From positions 32,001 through 96,000 of the IMG/VR virus record IMGVR_UViG_3300037470_000672: a stretch of 64,000 nucleotides of DNA; one strand, 5' to 3'. Position numbers and translations under genes: made by a program. Shown here one piece after another: positions 1 through 8,960 of this stretch. The notes below the pieces were generated by a model. That model worked only from the letters and a program-made list of their open reading frames with translations. It was not told the DNA's origin and made no database searches. The stretch's first letter is position 1. Every line of letters starts with the position of its first letter. This stretch comes from a virus.

Positions 1-214
1 TCTTCGAGCTTCTCCTCACGGCGCTGTGACTGCTTGAGCGCCATCTCCAGTTTCTCCAGGTTTTCCTGCCACTGCTCAACAGCGCGTGCGTGAGCTTGGA
101 CTTCCTCTCGGAGGTTCTGCGCGTCGTCCGGCGGTAACCACCCGGCGTTCAGCAGGTGCCTGTAGGAACCGGTGTACCACTGGCTCGGGTCGCCGGTGTA
201 GACCGGGATGTCGG

Positions 215-700
215 TCATAGGTGAGAGCCCTGCAAGCCGAAAGGAAGGCTTGTGCCTAGAGGCAACACCCACAGGTGGTACCAGTTCTGCTGGTCAACGA
301 CTTCATCGTCGGGTGGGTAGATTTCGACTCCCACCCGTTCGGCGCCGTCGGGGAGCAGCTCGCGCTTGATCTGTTGAAGGGTTGCCCACGATCGGATCGG
401 TTTTCGGTCCGCGCGCCGGATGGCCAAACGTTCGACGAGTCCCCAGTCGGTGTCGTGTTCGCACAACAGGACTTCGTAGTGGTTGTTGTACCAGGCGCGT
501 GTGACGGAGGAGAGTCCGGCGGCGGGGATGCGGACCTCATTGTTGGCAGCGGAGTCGAGCGCCAAGACCTCACCAATCCGGGCATGGACATCAGGGAGTT
601 CTGTCCAGCCTCCCACAGGGCCTCGCAGCAACCGCACGCCGACGGCGTCCGCCTTCCTGGCGGCTTTCTTCATCTGGCGGCGCTGTGCTCGGCTGCTCAT
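215..700 (-). CDS. Phage hypothetical protein (probable start MSSRAQ at 700)
   Basis: Part of ORF 215..868; phage-like C-terminus (VEIYPPDDEVVDQQNWYHLWVLP); overlaps the start of the next gene at 218. Confidence 0.7.
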   Translation of the reverse strand: MSSRAQRRQMKKAARKADAVGVRLLRGPVGGWTELPDVHARIGEVLALDSAANNEVRIPAAGLSSVTRAWYNNHYEVLLCEHDTDWGLVERLAIRRADRKPIRSWATLQQIKRELLPDGAERVGVEIYPPDDEVVDQQNWYHLWVLPLGTSLPFGLQGSHL

Positions 701-722
701 TGATGGGGTCTGCCCGTACGGC

Positions 723-1439
723 TCAGCGGTTCTTCTTACGCGCAGCCTTCTGCGCCTTGCGGCGTTTCTTGCGCTTCGCCTGGTGGTCGGCCGGAAGTCG
801 GCGAATCGTGACCTTCTTGTTCTCGGGATTGTGTACGGCTTTGAGGATCTGCTCGTCGGTCGGGTCAAACGTTTCGATCTCTTCCCCGCTGTAACGCTGC
901 TCTTGCATCAGACTTCCACCATCTCAGCATCCTCCGCCACAAACCAGTCCGGCAGCAGGTTGTGCTTCTCCAGCCACTGGTTGACGACTTGGTTGACAAC
1001 CTCTTCCAGCTCCCCCTGTTTCTCGTGGGAGACGGCATCGAGCCAGGAGTGGTCTGGAAGAGCCCCCTCCGAGTCGTACATGTTGTCGGCGAGGACATCG
1101 AGTATCCATTCACCGTGGAGCTTGGGGACGCGGGGCTTGCGACACCTACCCACAGGCTCGACTCCTCTCCGTTCTCACGGAGGTACGGCACATAGCTCCG
1201 CGGAAGACCAGCGTCCAGGCGCGCTTCTCATGCAGGGGAACCTTAGTTTTTGCGCGGACGCGGGTCTTACGAGCCTCCTGCGCCTGCTTCTGTTTGGCTC
1301 GCCACGCCTTGCGGTGCTCGCGCCGCTGTTCCTTGGTCATGGCGTTGAGCTTGTTGCGGCGGGCGGTCTTGCCGTTGGGTCGGCCTACCTCGCCGCGCTC
1401 CCCTCTGGTGAACACGACGGGCTCGTTGTCTTCGCTCAC
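723..1439 (-). CDS. Three small overlapping hypothetical genes (723..908, 908..1153, 1146..1439)
   Basis: Tightly coupled start/stop overlaps typical of phage operons. Confidence 0.6.
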
Positions 1440-1452
1440 AGGTTCTTCTCCT

Positions 1453-1650
1453 TCAGTCTTCGACGGCTTGGAAGCCCTCTTCGCGTTCCAGCGCTTCGTT
1501 GATGTAGGTGCGGATCTTCTTCAGATCGCTGACCTTGGTAGCCCCGCCCTTTTTGCCGGCGCGCCACAGGTACTTGAGCGCGTTGCCCAGGTAGAAGTCG
1601 AACCGCTGAAGCAGCGTACGAGCCTGCTGGAGCCAGAGGAAGTTGCTCAT
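1453..1650 (-). CDS. DUF3310-like phage protein
   Basis: Motif FYLGNALKYLWRAGKK...DLKK. Confidence 0.65.
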   Translation of the reverse strand: MSNFLWLQQARTLLQRFDFYLGNALKYLWRAGKKGGATKVSDLKKIRTYINEALEREEGFQAVED

Positions 1651-1795
1651 GTCCCCTTTCGGTACTTCCGGCCGCAGAATTCACAACGGCCGGTGTGGGG
1701 GTTCCACTGGCGGTTGCGCAGATCGCAGTCGCACGGCTCGTCCTTGATGCGGGTAGGTTTTACCGGCGGAGGGTTGGTCTCGCTCATCGCTTCGC

Positions 1796-1824
1796 ACTAT
1801 AGACTCGGAACGCTTTCTTGACAA
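1796..1824 (-). promoter_or_regulatory. Sigma70-like promoter TTGTCA-17-TATAGT
   Basis: Read directly; lies upstream of an ATG at 1787. Confidence 0.7.
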
Positions 1825-1870
1825 GGCGAAAAGCACCTACTCACCTCAGCCGCCGATCTTGCCCGTACCA

Positions 1871-1906
1871 GTCTCGGAATTTCAAAGATCCGAGCATCCG
1901 TTCACC
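1871..1906 (-). repeat. Solo CRISPR repeat copy (33/36 to array repeat)
   Basis: GTCTCGGAATTTCAAAGATCCGAGCATCCGTTCACC on + strand. Confidence 0.9.
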
Positions 1907-1946
1907 GTGAAAACGGCGCCACAGAGGCGGGTGGCAGGACAACCAA

Positions 1947-2323
1947 CTAGGCGGCTGAGGGCGGAGTGAAGCCAGGGTCTGTCGGCTCCCCCGCAAGCCC
2001 CTCCAAGAGGACGAGCTTGCCGTCCTTCTCGGAGAAGACTTGCTCAGCCTCGGCCGCTACCTCGTGAGCAGTAACCGCCAGCATCTTCAGCCGGGACAGT
2101 CCAGGCTGAATGGCGCCCTCACGGCGGAGCAACTCGGCGAATGTGAGCGCCTGAAGCATCTCTTGGCGGGTCACTGATCGTCATCCTCGTCGTCTGCCGG
2201 CGAAGGCTTCTGCCGCTTCTGCTTCTTGGGGTCAGCCTCCTTGGCGTCTTCGGTCAAGGGCTTCCCGCTTGGGTAGGGCATGTCCTCGGTGATCATTTCG
2301 CCACTGGGTCTGGGCTGGACCAT
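1947..2323 (-). CDS. Two small hypothetical genes (1947..2174; 2171..2323)
   Basis: GTGA overlap; GGAGG RBS before the ATG at 2323. Confidence 0.55.
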
Positions 2324-2345
2324 CGAATCCTCCGTAGTTGTCCTG

Positions 2346-2381
2346 GTCTCGGAATTTCAAGGACCTGAGCATCCACTCAAG
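2346..2381 (-). repeat. Solo CRISPR repeat copy (31/36); contains the stop codon of the upstream gene
   Basis: GTCTCGGAATTTCAAGGACCTGAGCATCCACTCAAG. Confidence 0.9.
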
Positions 2382-2739
2382 CGACCGCAGGCATCCAGCG
2401 AAACCCCATGAACTGAAAGATCCTGCGCAGCTCCTTGGTGAGCTTCAAACGGTCTTTCTCCGTCTTCACCTTCACCGTGTGCAGGTATTCACAATCGGTC
2501 CGCGACGGGGCGTCCAGAACCAGGCGCACCGACACCAAGCCGGAGTCCAAGCAGCGCAACTCACCTCGGAAATCTCGGTTCGCAACCAACGTGAAATCGA
2601 CCCCCACACCCGGCAAACCTCGCTTCCGAGTGCACAAAAGGTCCAAGCCGAACATCTCCAGCACAGACAGGAGCCGAGCCATGTTCTGGCCGCTCAGGGC
2701 GTCGCTCTTCAATCTTCGTAAGACCTCAGATAACGGCAC
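2377..2739 (-). CDS. Hypothetical protein
   Basis: 120-aa ORF in operon orientation. Confidence 0.6.
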   Translation of the reverse strand: MPLSEVLRRLKSDALSGQNMARLLSVLEMFGLDLLCTRKRGLPGVGVDFTLVANRDFRGELRCLDSGLVSVRLVLDAPSRTDCEYLHTVKVKTEKDRLKLTKELRRIFQFMGFRWMPAVA

Positions 2740-2899
2740 TTGAGCGTCCTTTGGATAGAAGAGTCAGGCGAGCGGTCCGTAGCGGCCCTGGGGGGTATGG
2801 ATCGCAGACCGCTCGCCTGACCCAAGCGAGACCAATGGGAAGGTAGGCCCCTACAAAGGGTAGTAGCCACCGTTTTGGTTGTCAAATTCGGGGCTTCTC

Positions 2900-3328
2900 T
2901 CATCGAGCCTCGGTCCAAAACTCCCGAGGACTGATCTGCAAAGCCCTAGCTACCGCCTCCAGCGTTGACACCCGGGTATCGTTTTCTGATGCGTTCAGCA
3001 TCCGATAGAGGCTGCTCCGAGACACCCCCGACCGCTGAGCAAGCGTATCGTAGGTCAAACCGAGCCGGCTCATTCGCTTTTTGACGACCTCGGTGAGACA
3101 AAATTGAAAGGCCACAGCCGATATTTTTTGAACCGGTTGTGCTCGCTTACGGGTGTACAGGCGCTTGCGCCGTTGAATAAGGGCCAAGCTCAGGCGCTTC
3201 ATCCCCCCTTCCGTGAACTCCACATCAACTTGACCCGAGGACGGATGAACAGCCCGGACGATGCCGGGCTGTTTGTCGGAGAGGGTCTCCACCTGGGAGC
3301 CTTCTTTGATGGGCCGGTAGCGGGGCAT
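2900..3328 (-). CDS. XRE-family helix-turn-helix regulator
   Basis: C-terminal LGLTYDTLAQRSGVSRSSLYRML...TLEAVARAL HTH pattern. Confidence 0.8.
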   Translation of the reverse strand: MPRYRPIKEGSQVETLSDKQPGIVRAVHPSSGQVDVEFTEGGMKRLSLALIQRRKRLYTRKRAQPVQKISAVAFQFCLTEVVKKRMSRLGLTYDTLAQRSGVSRSSLYRMLNASENDTRVSTLEAVARALQISPREFWTEAR

Positions 3329-3342
3329 GCTCTCTTGTCTCG

Positions 3343-3378
3343 GTCTCGGAATTTCAAAGATCCGAGCATCTTTTCAAG
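3343..3378 (-). repeat. Solo CRISPR repeat copy (33/36), 14 nt upstream of the XRE ATG
   Basis: GTCTCGGAATTTCAAAGATCCGAGCATCTTTTCAAG. Confidence 0.9.
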
Positions 3379-3571
3379 ACAACAAACAACTCATCACACG
3401 CCAGCTCGGCCGCGTGCGACCATGTCCGTCCGTCGTCCGGGTCTTCACTTCGCGTGACATACTCCAGCTTCTGGACTGCTTTGAGCAGTTTCCCTAGCTT
3501 GGCGCAGGGACTGCAAAGCGCCAGCGGCGCGTTGCAGTCGCCGCAGAAAGCGCACTCGGACTCGGAGCTGC

Positions 3572-3919
3572 TCATGCGCCGTCTCCGGCGTCTTTGCGGA
3601 TCCAATCCTCCGCAGCCTCCAGCCCGTCGATTGCATCCTTGATGTCCCGATCTTGAATGAAGCGCATCACCTGCTCTTCACCATCTCGCTGCCGCACCCT
3701 GCCGACCGAGACAGAGTACATGCGGCCGTTCTGCCCCTCCGCCGTCTGTACCTGGGTACGAACGTGACCGAAGTCGAAGTTGGTGGCGTTTTGCCACTCC
3801 AAACGGGGGCGCGGTGTACGCGCGGCGTACCCACCCTGCGACCGATCGCTGTACCCCTCCTGTGAGGGGTTCCCGTTGTACGACAGATTACTGTTTTGAC
3901 GGTGGTTCCTCTTGCCCAT
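3572..3919 (-). CDS. Hypothetical protein
   Basis: 115-aa ORF downstream of a TTGACA-16-TATAGT promoter (~3957-3984). Confidence 0.65.
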   Translation of the reverse strand: MGKRNHRQNSNLSYNGNPSQEGYSDRSQGGYAARTPRPRLEWQNATNFDFGHVRTQVQTAEGQNGRMYSVSVGRVRQRDGEEQVMRFIQDRDIKDAIDGLEAAEDWIRKDAGDGA

Positions 3920-4414
3920 GGTCTTGTGTTTCCCTCAGTCGTTGGGTGCCGGCTTGACTATACGCAGGACGCTTGGTGTGTCAAGCACGGTACAGGAAAA
4001 ACGCCGTACACGGCGCCAGTTCAGTTTTCTGGATCGGGTTCGGGTGATGCGGAGGGTGGGACCAACTCCTGGAAGCGGGGAGCGATTATTCCTTCCAGCT
4101 CTTCCAATCGCCCATGGACACGTAGTCCTTGGGACACCTGCTCAGCGATGCGCGCCAGACACTTGGTTCGCCCGCAGAAACATAGATTGTTGGGCTCGTC
4201 CGTCATGTGTCTCCCGGAAGGTTCCCATGGTCCACGAAGTGTTGGAGCAATGGAAGCAACACGGCTACTTGCCAGCGCGTCAGAAGCGACCGACGTCGCC
4301 GTCGCGCGCGGCCTCACGCAGCTCCGCGCATGCTTCGAGCTGATCTTCCAACTCCGCGACGCGCTGTTCGAGGTCTTTCACATCGAAAGCGCTCATGCGC
4401 TTCTTTGAGGAGAA

Positions 4415-4441
4415 AGGGGAGCGCTCCGCAGAGCGCTCCCC
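4415..4441 (-). terminator. Probable intrinsic terminator after the ArdC-like gene
   Basis: GGGGAGCGCTC-CGCA-GAGCGCTCCCC hairpin, followed by CTTTCT on the minus strand. Confidence 0.6.
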
Positions 4442-4452
4442 TTGGTTAAGGG

Positions 4453-5424
4453 TCATGCCGCCATCAGGCAGGCGTTCTCGGCCTTGAGTCGCTCGATTTC
4501 GGCCTTCATCTCGGCCAGGGTCATCTCGCTGGCTTTCTTGTCCTTGGCCGGCTTGGGCGCCTGCTCCTCGACGAAGGTGAGGATCTCTGCCGTCGCCTTC
4601 TGCACCCGGTCCGCCACCTTCTCGACCTTCTCCGGGTCGGAGCCGCTCCAGTGCGCGACGTAGCCAAAGGAGTAGCTGGCAGAGTCGACCCCCAGCGCGC
4701 TCATGACGCAGTAGGCCACGCTCTCGGCCTCCACCTCGCGGTAGTCCGTGGGGGTGTGGCACAAGCCCGACTCCTTGCTGTGCAGGATGACGTGGGCCAG
4801 CTCGTGGGCCAGGGTCTTGGCCTGCTGTGCCGGGCTGTTGGCCTCGTTGAGCGCGATGCGCTTCTCCGAGAAGACCACGTAGCCGCCCATGCCGTCGATC
4901 ATGCGCTCGGTCTCGATCGTGTAGCCCTTCTTTTGGGCCAGGTTGCTGAGCGCCGTGAACGCGAGGTCAGCGGCCGGAGACGAGCCGTCGAGGGTCTGGA
5001 TGACGTCCAGCTCGGGCAGGTCCGGACCCTCGGTCTGCGCGATGTCGTAGACGAAGACGGTCTTGAAGAATCGAACGAAGCGGTAGGGCTTCTCCTGCCC
5101 GTCTTCCGTCCGCTTACCCCAGCCGAAGATGGGGGCGCGGATGGCGATCTTTTTCTCGCTGGCCTTCACCCGACGACCGGTGCGGGTCTCCCACTGCCGA
5201 CGCCCCATGACGCGCGAGGCGCCCGGACGCTGGAGGTGGATGAGGAGCTGGTTGGTCCAGGAATACTTCCAGAACATCGCCTGGAAGGCGAGGAACTGGA
5301 CCCAGGCGTTCGAACCGATGAGCGCTTCGACGCCGCGCTTCATCTGCTCGACGAGGTCTTTCGCCTCGCTCTCCTTCTGGGCTTTGAACTGCGCCTTCTG
5401 GTCGGGAGTGAACTGCTTGCCCAT
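4453..5424 (-). CDS. ardC: ArdC-like antirestriction protein (N-terminal ssDNA-binding domain plus HELAH metallopeptidase-like domain)
   Basis: FWKYSWTNQLLIHLQRPGASRVMG..W motif; TLAHELAH; EVEAESVAY. Confidence 0.8.
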   Translation of the reverse strand: MGKQFTPDQKAQFKAQKESEAKDLVEQMKRGVEALIGSNAWVQFLAFQAMFWKYSWTNQLLIHLQRPGASRVMGRRQWETRTGRRVKASEKKIAIRAPIFGWGKRTEDGQEKPYRFVRFFKTVFVYDIAQTEGPDLPELDVIQTLDGSSPAADLAFTALSNLAQKKGYTIETERMIDGMGGYVVFSEKRIALNEANSPAQQAKTLAHELAHVILHSKESGLCHTPTDYREVEAESVAYCVMSALGVDSASYSFGYVAHWSGSDPEKVEKVADRVQKATAEILTFVEEQAPKPAKDKKASEMTLAEMKAEIERLKAENACLMAA

Positions 5425-5431
5425 CGTCTAT

Positions 5432-5496
5432 CCTCCTTCAGCGATCCTTCGCTGATCTGATTTGACAATCGTAGTCCTACAGTGTTTGTGTGTCAA
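5432..5496 (-). promoter_or_regulatory. Promoter TTGACA-17-TACGAT plus conserved leader CAGATCAGCGAAGGATCGCTGAAGGAGG
   Basis: 27 nt of the leader are identical at 28207-28233; related leaders occur at four other promoters. Confidence 0.8.
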
Positions 5497-5547
5497 GCAC
5501 GGATCCGAAAAAGATCAGATCTGCGTGTGCGCGCGGTCACCGTCCAC

Positions 5548-5590
5548 AAAGAAGAACCCCCGGCGACGCTCACTGCGGCCGGGGGCTTTC
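5548..5590 (-). terminator. Probable intrinsic terminator
   Basis: CCCCGGC...GCCGGGG stem followed by TTCTTCTTT on the minus strand. Confidence 0.55.
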
Positions 5591-5844
5591 CTCTGTGTGT
5601 ACTCACACCAGTTCGGGGCGGTCGTAGCCCCAACGCTTAACCGTAGTCCGTTTGCTCAGATCGGTTCGCCCGATGCGCTGTCTTGGGCACGCTAGCCGCC
5701 CAGCTTGCGATCTGACTGTTGGACCGTGGTTGTCCACCGACAAGGTAGAAGAGCATTGCCCGTAGGACGGCTTCAACTCCTTGTTGGCGGGGTGAAAAGC
5801 TACCTTAAACGCGGTCTTTTTCTGGGTCAAGTGTGGGACACAGA

Positions 5845-6177
5845 TCATTTCACCAGTAGGGTCTCGACCAGTGTGGCAAAGCAGATCGCCTTACTCAGCT
5901 CACGGTGAATGATGATGACCTCGGCGAGGCTCCCCGAAGCTGACTTGACGTGGATGACGGTTCTTCCGTCCGAGTACAGGCGGACCATCGCCTCTACACC
6001 GTCCGTCTGGCTGTGGAAGTTGAGGGAGATGCCGCCACTGGCCGAGTCCGGCAGCGTGCCTGCCTCGTAGGCGTCGGCCAAGGCTTCCAGCTCCTCAACC
6101 TCTTCGCGCTGCGGGTAGAAGCCGGAGCAGAGACTGATCTCGCCAAGGCTCTGTCGGAGGAGGCTGTAGTTGATCAT
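5845..6177 (-). CDS. Hypothetical protein
   Basis: ATGA overlap with 6174..6920. Confidence 0.55.
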   Translation of the reverse strand: MINYSLLRQSLGEISLCSGFYPQREEVEELEALADAYEAGTLPDSASGGISLNFHSQTDGVEAMVRLYSDGRTVIHVKSASGSLAEVIIIHRELSKAICFATLVETLLVK

Positions 6178-6920
6178 GTGCGCCTCGACACGATCGCTTC
6201 GTAGTCCGGCGCGCCCTGGAACTCGATGCTCACGACCGGGCGCTCCTCTTCCGGCAGACTGCGGATGTAGTCGCGGAGCGCGATGGCGGGTTCGTTGGCG
6301 AGGGTCATACCCTCCTCGGGGATCTTCGCCTCGATGTTCTCCAGGTCGAAGCCGGCCTCCTGGAGGGTCGTGAGGGTCTTCTCGTGCTGCTCCTCTTCGT
6401 GCTTCGCGCGCCACTCTTCCTGCTCGCGACGGAACTCCTCGTCACGCTGCTTCGCGCGCTCTTCCATCGCCTCCAAGGCACCAGCAAAGGTCGTGTCGGC
6501 GCTGAGCCCCACCTTCTCCAGGACGCCGAGCACAGCAGCCTCGCGCAGCACCAGGAGCATCTCGTGCTCGTAGACGTGTTGCGGATCGGCGCCCGTCTCA
6601 GCAGGATCGTAGTCCGGCGGGAAGACCGTGAAAGGCTCCGCGACGAAGATCCCTTGGTCACCCGCGTGGTCCGAGGGTCCGTTAAAAACGGTCGGCTCAC
6701 CAGCGTGCTCCCAGCACGCCTCGTGGTAGAGCGCGGCGCTATCAAGCGTCTCGTCCTCTTCGTGACCGATGTTGCCGTAGCCGTCGTAGGTCCCCTTGCA
6801 AACCGAGCCGTCTGGCAGGATGGCCACGGCCTGCTGCATCCAGTCCCGGTAACCGGCCGCCGAATACCCAGAGCGAATCGACCGGCCACAGCTCTTGCAG
6901 TTCCACGAGAAGAAACCCAT
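6174..6920 (-). CDS. Hypothetical protein (N-terminal CxxC)
   Basis: Strong RBS, leader and promoter TTGCCC-17-TAGGCT at 6962-6990. Confidence 0.75.
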   Translation of the reverse strand: MGFFSWNCKSCGRSIRSGYSAAGYRDWMQQAVAILPDGSVCKGTYDGYGNIGHEEDETLDSAALYHEACWEHAGEPTVFNGPSDHAGDQGIFVAEPFTVFPPDYDPAETGADPQHVYEHEMLLVLREAAVLGVLEKVGLSADTTFAGALEAMEERAKQRDEEFRREQEEWRAKHEEEQHEKTLTTLQEAGFDLENIEAKIPEEGMTLANEPAIALRDYIRSLPEEERPVVSIEFQGAPDYEAIVSRRT

Positions 6921-7045
6921 CTTGACCTCCTTCAGCGATTCATCGCCGATCTGTTTTTACAAGCCTAAACGTATTGGATACGTAGGGCAAGCACAAAGCG
7001 GGTGTTTGGAGCCGATCTGTTGTGACGGGCGCCCCACCTAACAAT

Positions 7046-7061
7046 CCGCCCGTACGGGCGG
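7046..7061. repeat. 16-bp perfect palindrome CCGCCCGTACGGGCGG (copy 1 of 5)
   Basis: Also at 10183, 30461, 46145 and 60764. Confidence 0.9.
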
Positions 7062-7069
7062 TTTGGGTC

Positions 7070-7279
7070 CTACTTACCTAGCGTCGCAGCTGGCTTCGCG
7101 GTTGGCTTCTCAGCCAGCTTCTGACCAGCGTCCTTCTGCGGCGTCGGTCCGGCGTCAGTCCTGGGCTCGACCGGCGCCTCTTCTTTGGCGGGAGCCTCAG
7201 CGGATTTGTCCGCCTTGGGGGTGCAGGCGATGAGCGCCAGCGCCGAGAGATTGAGACCGATGAGCAGAATGCGCAGCAT
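7070..7279 (-). CDS. Small lipoprotein
   Basis: Hydrophobic signal with LIAC lipobox; low-complexity P/A/K tail. Confidence 0.65.
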   Translation of the reverse strand: MLRILLIGLNLSALALIACTPKADKSAEAPAKEEAPVEPRTDAGPTPQKDAGQKLAEKPTAKPAATLGK

Positions 7280-7321
7280 GTGGAACCTCCATGCGCCGTC
7301 TGCTCCCTCGGGCCTGGACGT

Positions 7322-7957
7322 TCAAGGGGGTTCACGGAGTCCGATGCGGACCTTGAGCCGGTAGGACAACACCAACGAATTCGTACCGAAATCCTTGAAA
7401 ATCGCCTCGGTGACGAAGCGCAGACCCCCGGGTGTAGTGATGGCGGGAGCGATCTCGTACTCGGTCATCGCCAGGGACAGGGTGGTCACGCCGTCGCCGA
7501 GCAACGCCTCATCCTCGACGTAGGCGATCTCAACAGGGGCCGCGCCCTCGGCGCTCACGTACAAGGTGATGTCCTCAAAGAGGGTGGTGATGCTGCGCTC
7601 GTACTGTTCCACCATCTCGAAGGCGACGAACCTGGCTGATTCGATGTCGTCCATGCTGCGCCCAGCTTCTTGTATCCGGGCACGGATGGCGGCGTTCAGG
7701 GCGAACCCGACCTCGGGCGGGACGGTGTTCTCGGGGTAGAGGGGGTAGTACACATTGGACGCGGCAGGGTGGATGTCGTCGTTGTAGCCGTTGATCTGGA
7801 TCAGCTCATCCATCTCGACCTCGACGTACAGCAGGTCGGGGTCGTCTTCGGCTACGACGCCTTGGCCGGGGCCGGCGTCACTCTGTTGGGTCGGATCTGT
7901 ACCGCAGGCGCAAAAAGCCAGGGCGACGAACGGATAGAAGATAAGGGCTCTGTGCAT
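7322..7957 (-). CDS. Lipoprotein
   Basis: Signal peptide MHRALIFYPFVALAFCAC. Confidence 0.65.
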   Translation of the reverse strand: MHRALIFYPFVALAFCACGTDPTQQSDAGPGQGVVAEDDPDLLYVEVEMDELIQINGYNDDIHPAASNVYYPLYPENTVPPEVGFALNAAIRARIQEAGRSMDDIESARFVAFEMVEQYERSITTLFEDITLYVSAEGAAPVEIAYVEDEALLGDGVTTLSLAMTEYEIAPAITTPGGLRFVTEAIFKDFGTNSLVLSYRLKVRIGLREPP

Positions 7958-8071
7958 CGTGGCCTCCTGACAGTACAAGAAGCACGTTAACACATGCCGT
8001 CAAGGGCGCGAAAGCAAAGGGGAAATCTCTAGAAGTCTCCGGAACGTAAAACCCCTTACCTCAGAGAAAGA

Positions 8072-8198
8072 TGGCGGAGAGCGGTGGTCCTGATCCAGTC
8101 TCGGAATTTCAAGGATCCGAGCATCCTTTCAACATCCATAACGCATGCGCGTCCTGACGGGTAGCAGCCGTAGCCCGGGCCTCCCGGGTTCACTCTCC
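8072..8198 (-). pseudogene. tRNA-Ser(GCU) interrupted by a CRISPR repeat plus a 5-bp duplication
   Basis: Acceptor GGAGAGT/GCTCTCC-G-CCA; anticodon arm ACGG-CTGCTAC-CCGT; removing 41 bp gives an 86-nt class II tRNA. Confidence 0.85.
8098..8133 (-). repeat. Solo CRISPR repeat, 36/36 identical to the array repeat, flanked by ATCCA direct repeats
   Basis: ATCCA at 8093-8097 and 8134-8138. Confidence 0.95.
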
Positions 8199-8204
8199 AC
8201 AGGT

Positions 8205-8291
8205 TGGCAGCGGGCAGCGGAATCGAACCACGACGCCTAAGCGCCCTCCAGTTTTCAAGACTGGTCGCTCCCCATGAGCAGTACCCGCTTC
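8205..8291 (-). tRNA. tRNA-Ser(UGA), imperfect stems
   Basis: CCAGT-CTTGAAA-ACTGG anticodon arm, long variable arm, TTCGATT loop, 3' CCA. Confidence 0.7.
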
Positions 8292-8297
8292 ATGTAG

Positions 8298-8389
8298 TGG
8301 TGGCCCGAGCGAGAGTCGAACTCGCATGCCCCTCACAAGGCACCAGGGTCTGAGCCTGGCGTGTCTACCGGAAATTCCACCATCGGGCC
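8298..8389 (-). tRNA. tRNA-Leu(CAG)
   Basis: GGCCCGA/TCGGGCC acceptor, CCAGG-CTCAGAC-CCTGG anticodon arm, TTCGAC loop, CCA end. Confidence 0.9.
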
Positions 8390-8390
8390 A

Positions 8391-8466
8391 TTGTGCGGAC
8401 GGCAGGAGTCGAACCTGCACTGACCGGGATTTGACGCCGGACCCTCTGCCGTTGGGGTACGTCCGC
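8391..8466 (-). tRNA. tRNA-Leu(CAA)-like, short variable arm, degenerate (ends CAA)
   Basis: GCGGACG/CGTCCGC acceptor; GCAGG-TTCGACT-CCTGC T-arm; mismatch in the anticodon stem. Confidence 0.6.
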
Positions 8467-8960
8467 TAAGATTTCTCCTTCCAGCAGGCGCACTGAGGCG
8501 GGCGGTGATACGTACACCACGGCTCCGTTAGCCGGGCTTGCGTGACCGTGCTCTCCTGCGCCTCTCCCTGCGCGCAGCTCAATGGGAGGCATGCCGTACT
8601 TGGCGTGCAACAGCAGCTCCTTGCCCTCCGCTTTGGCTACCCGCCGAACCGTCTTCCAGATGCGCGCCGTCTCAGCGCGTAGATCGACCCCAGGGCGTGC
8701 CTCCCAAAGCGCCCGCTTACGCTCCCTGGCCGCCTCCTGGGCGGCGCAGCGTTTGGTCCGCTGCTTGGCTCGGACCCTGGCAGCTCGCTCGGCTTGCGCT
8801 GTCTGACGCGCCTCTTTCTTGGCTTCGATGGTTGGACAAGCGCGCTTCACGAGCCTGCCGGTCTTGTCGGAGCACGGTAGGCAGTAGCGGCGGGTATCGT
8901 CCAGGCGAGGTTTGCTCGGGGCGAGCTTACCCGTCTCGCAGCGGGGGCAGACCCAGCGTC

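Noticed and set aside
1844-1960. 11-bp inverted repeat CCTCAGCCGCC / GGCGGCTGAGG flanking the 1871 repeat
   Set aside because: One arm is the coding end of a gene, the spacing is asymmetric, and nothing similar flanks other copies.
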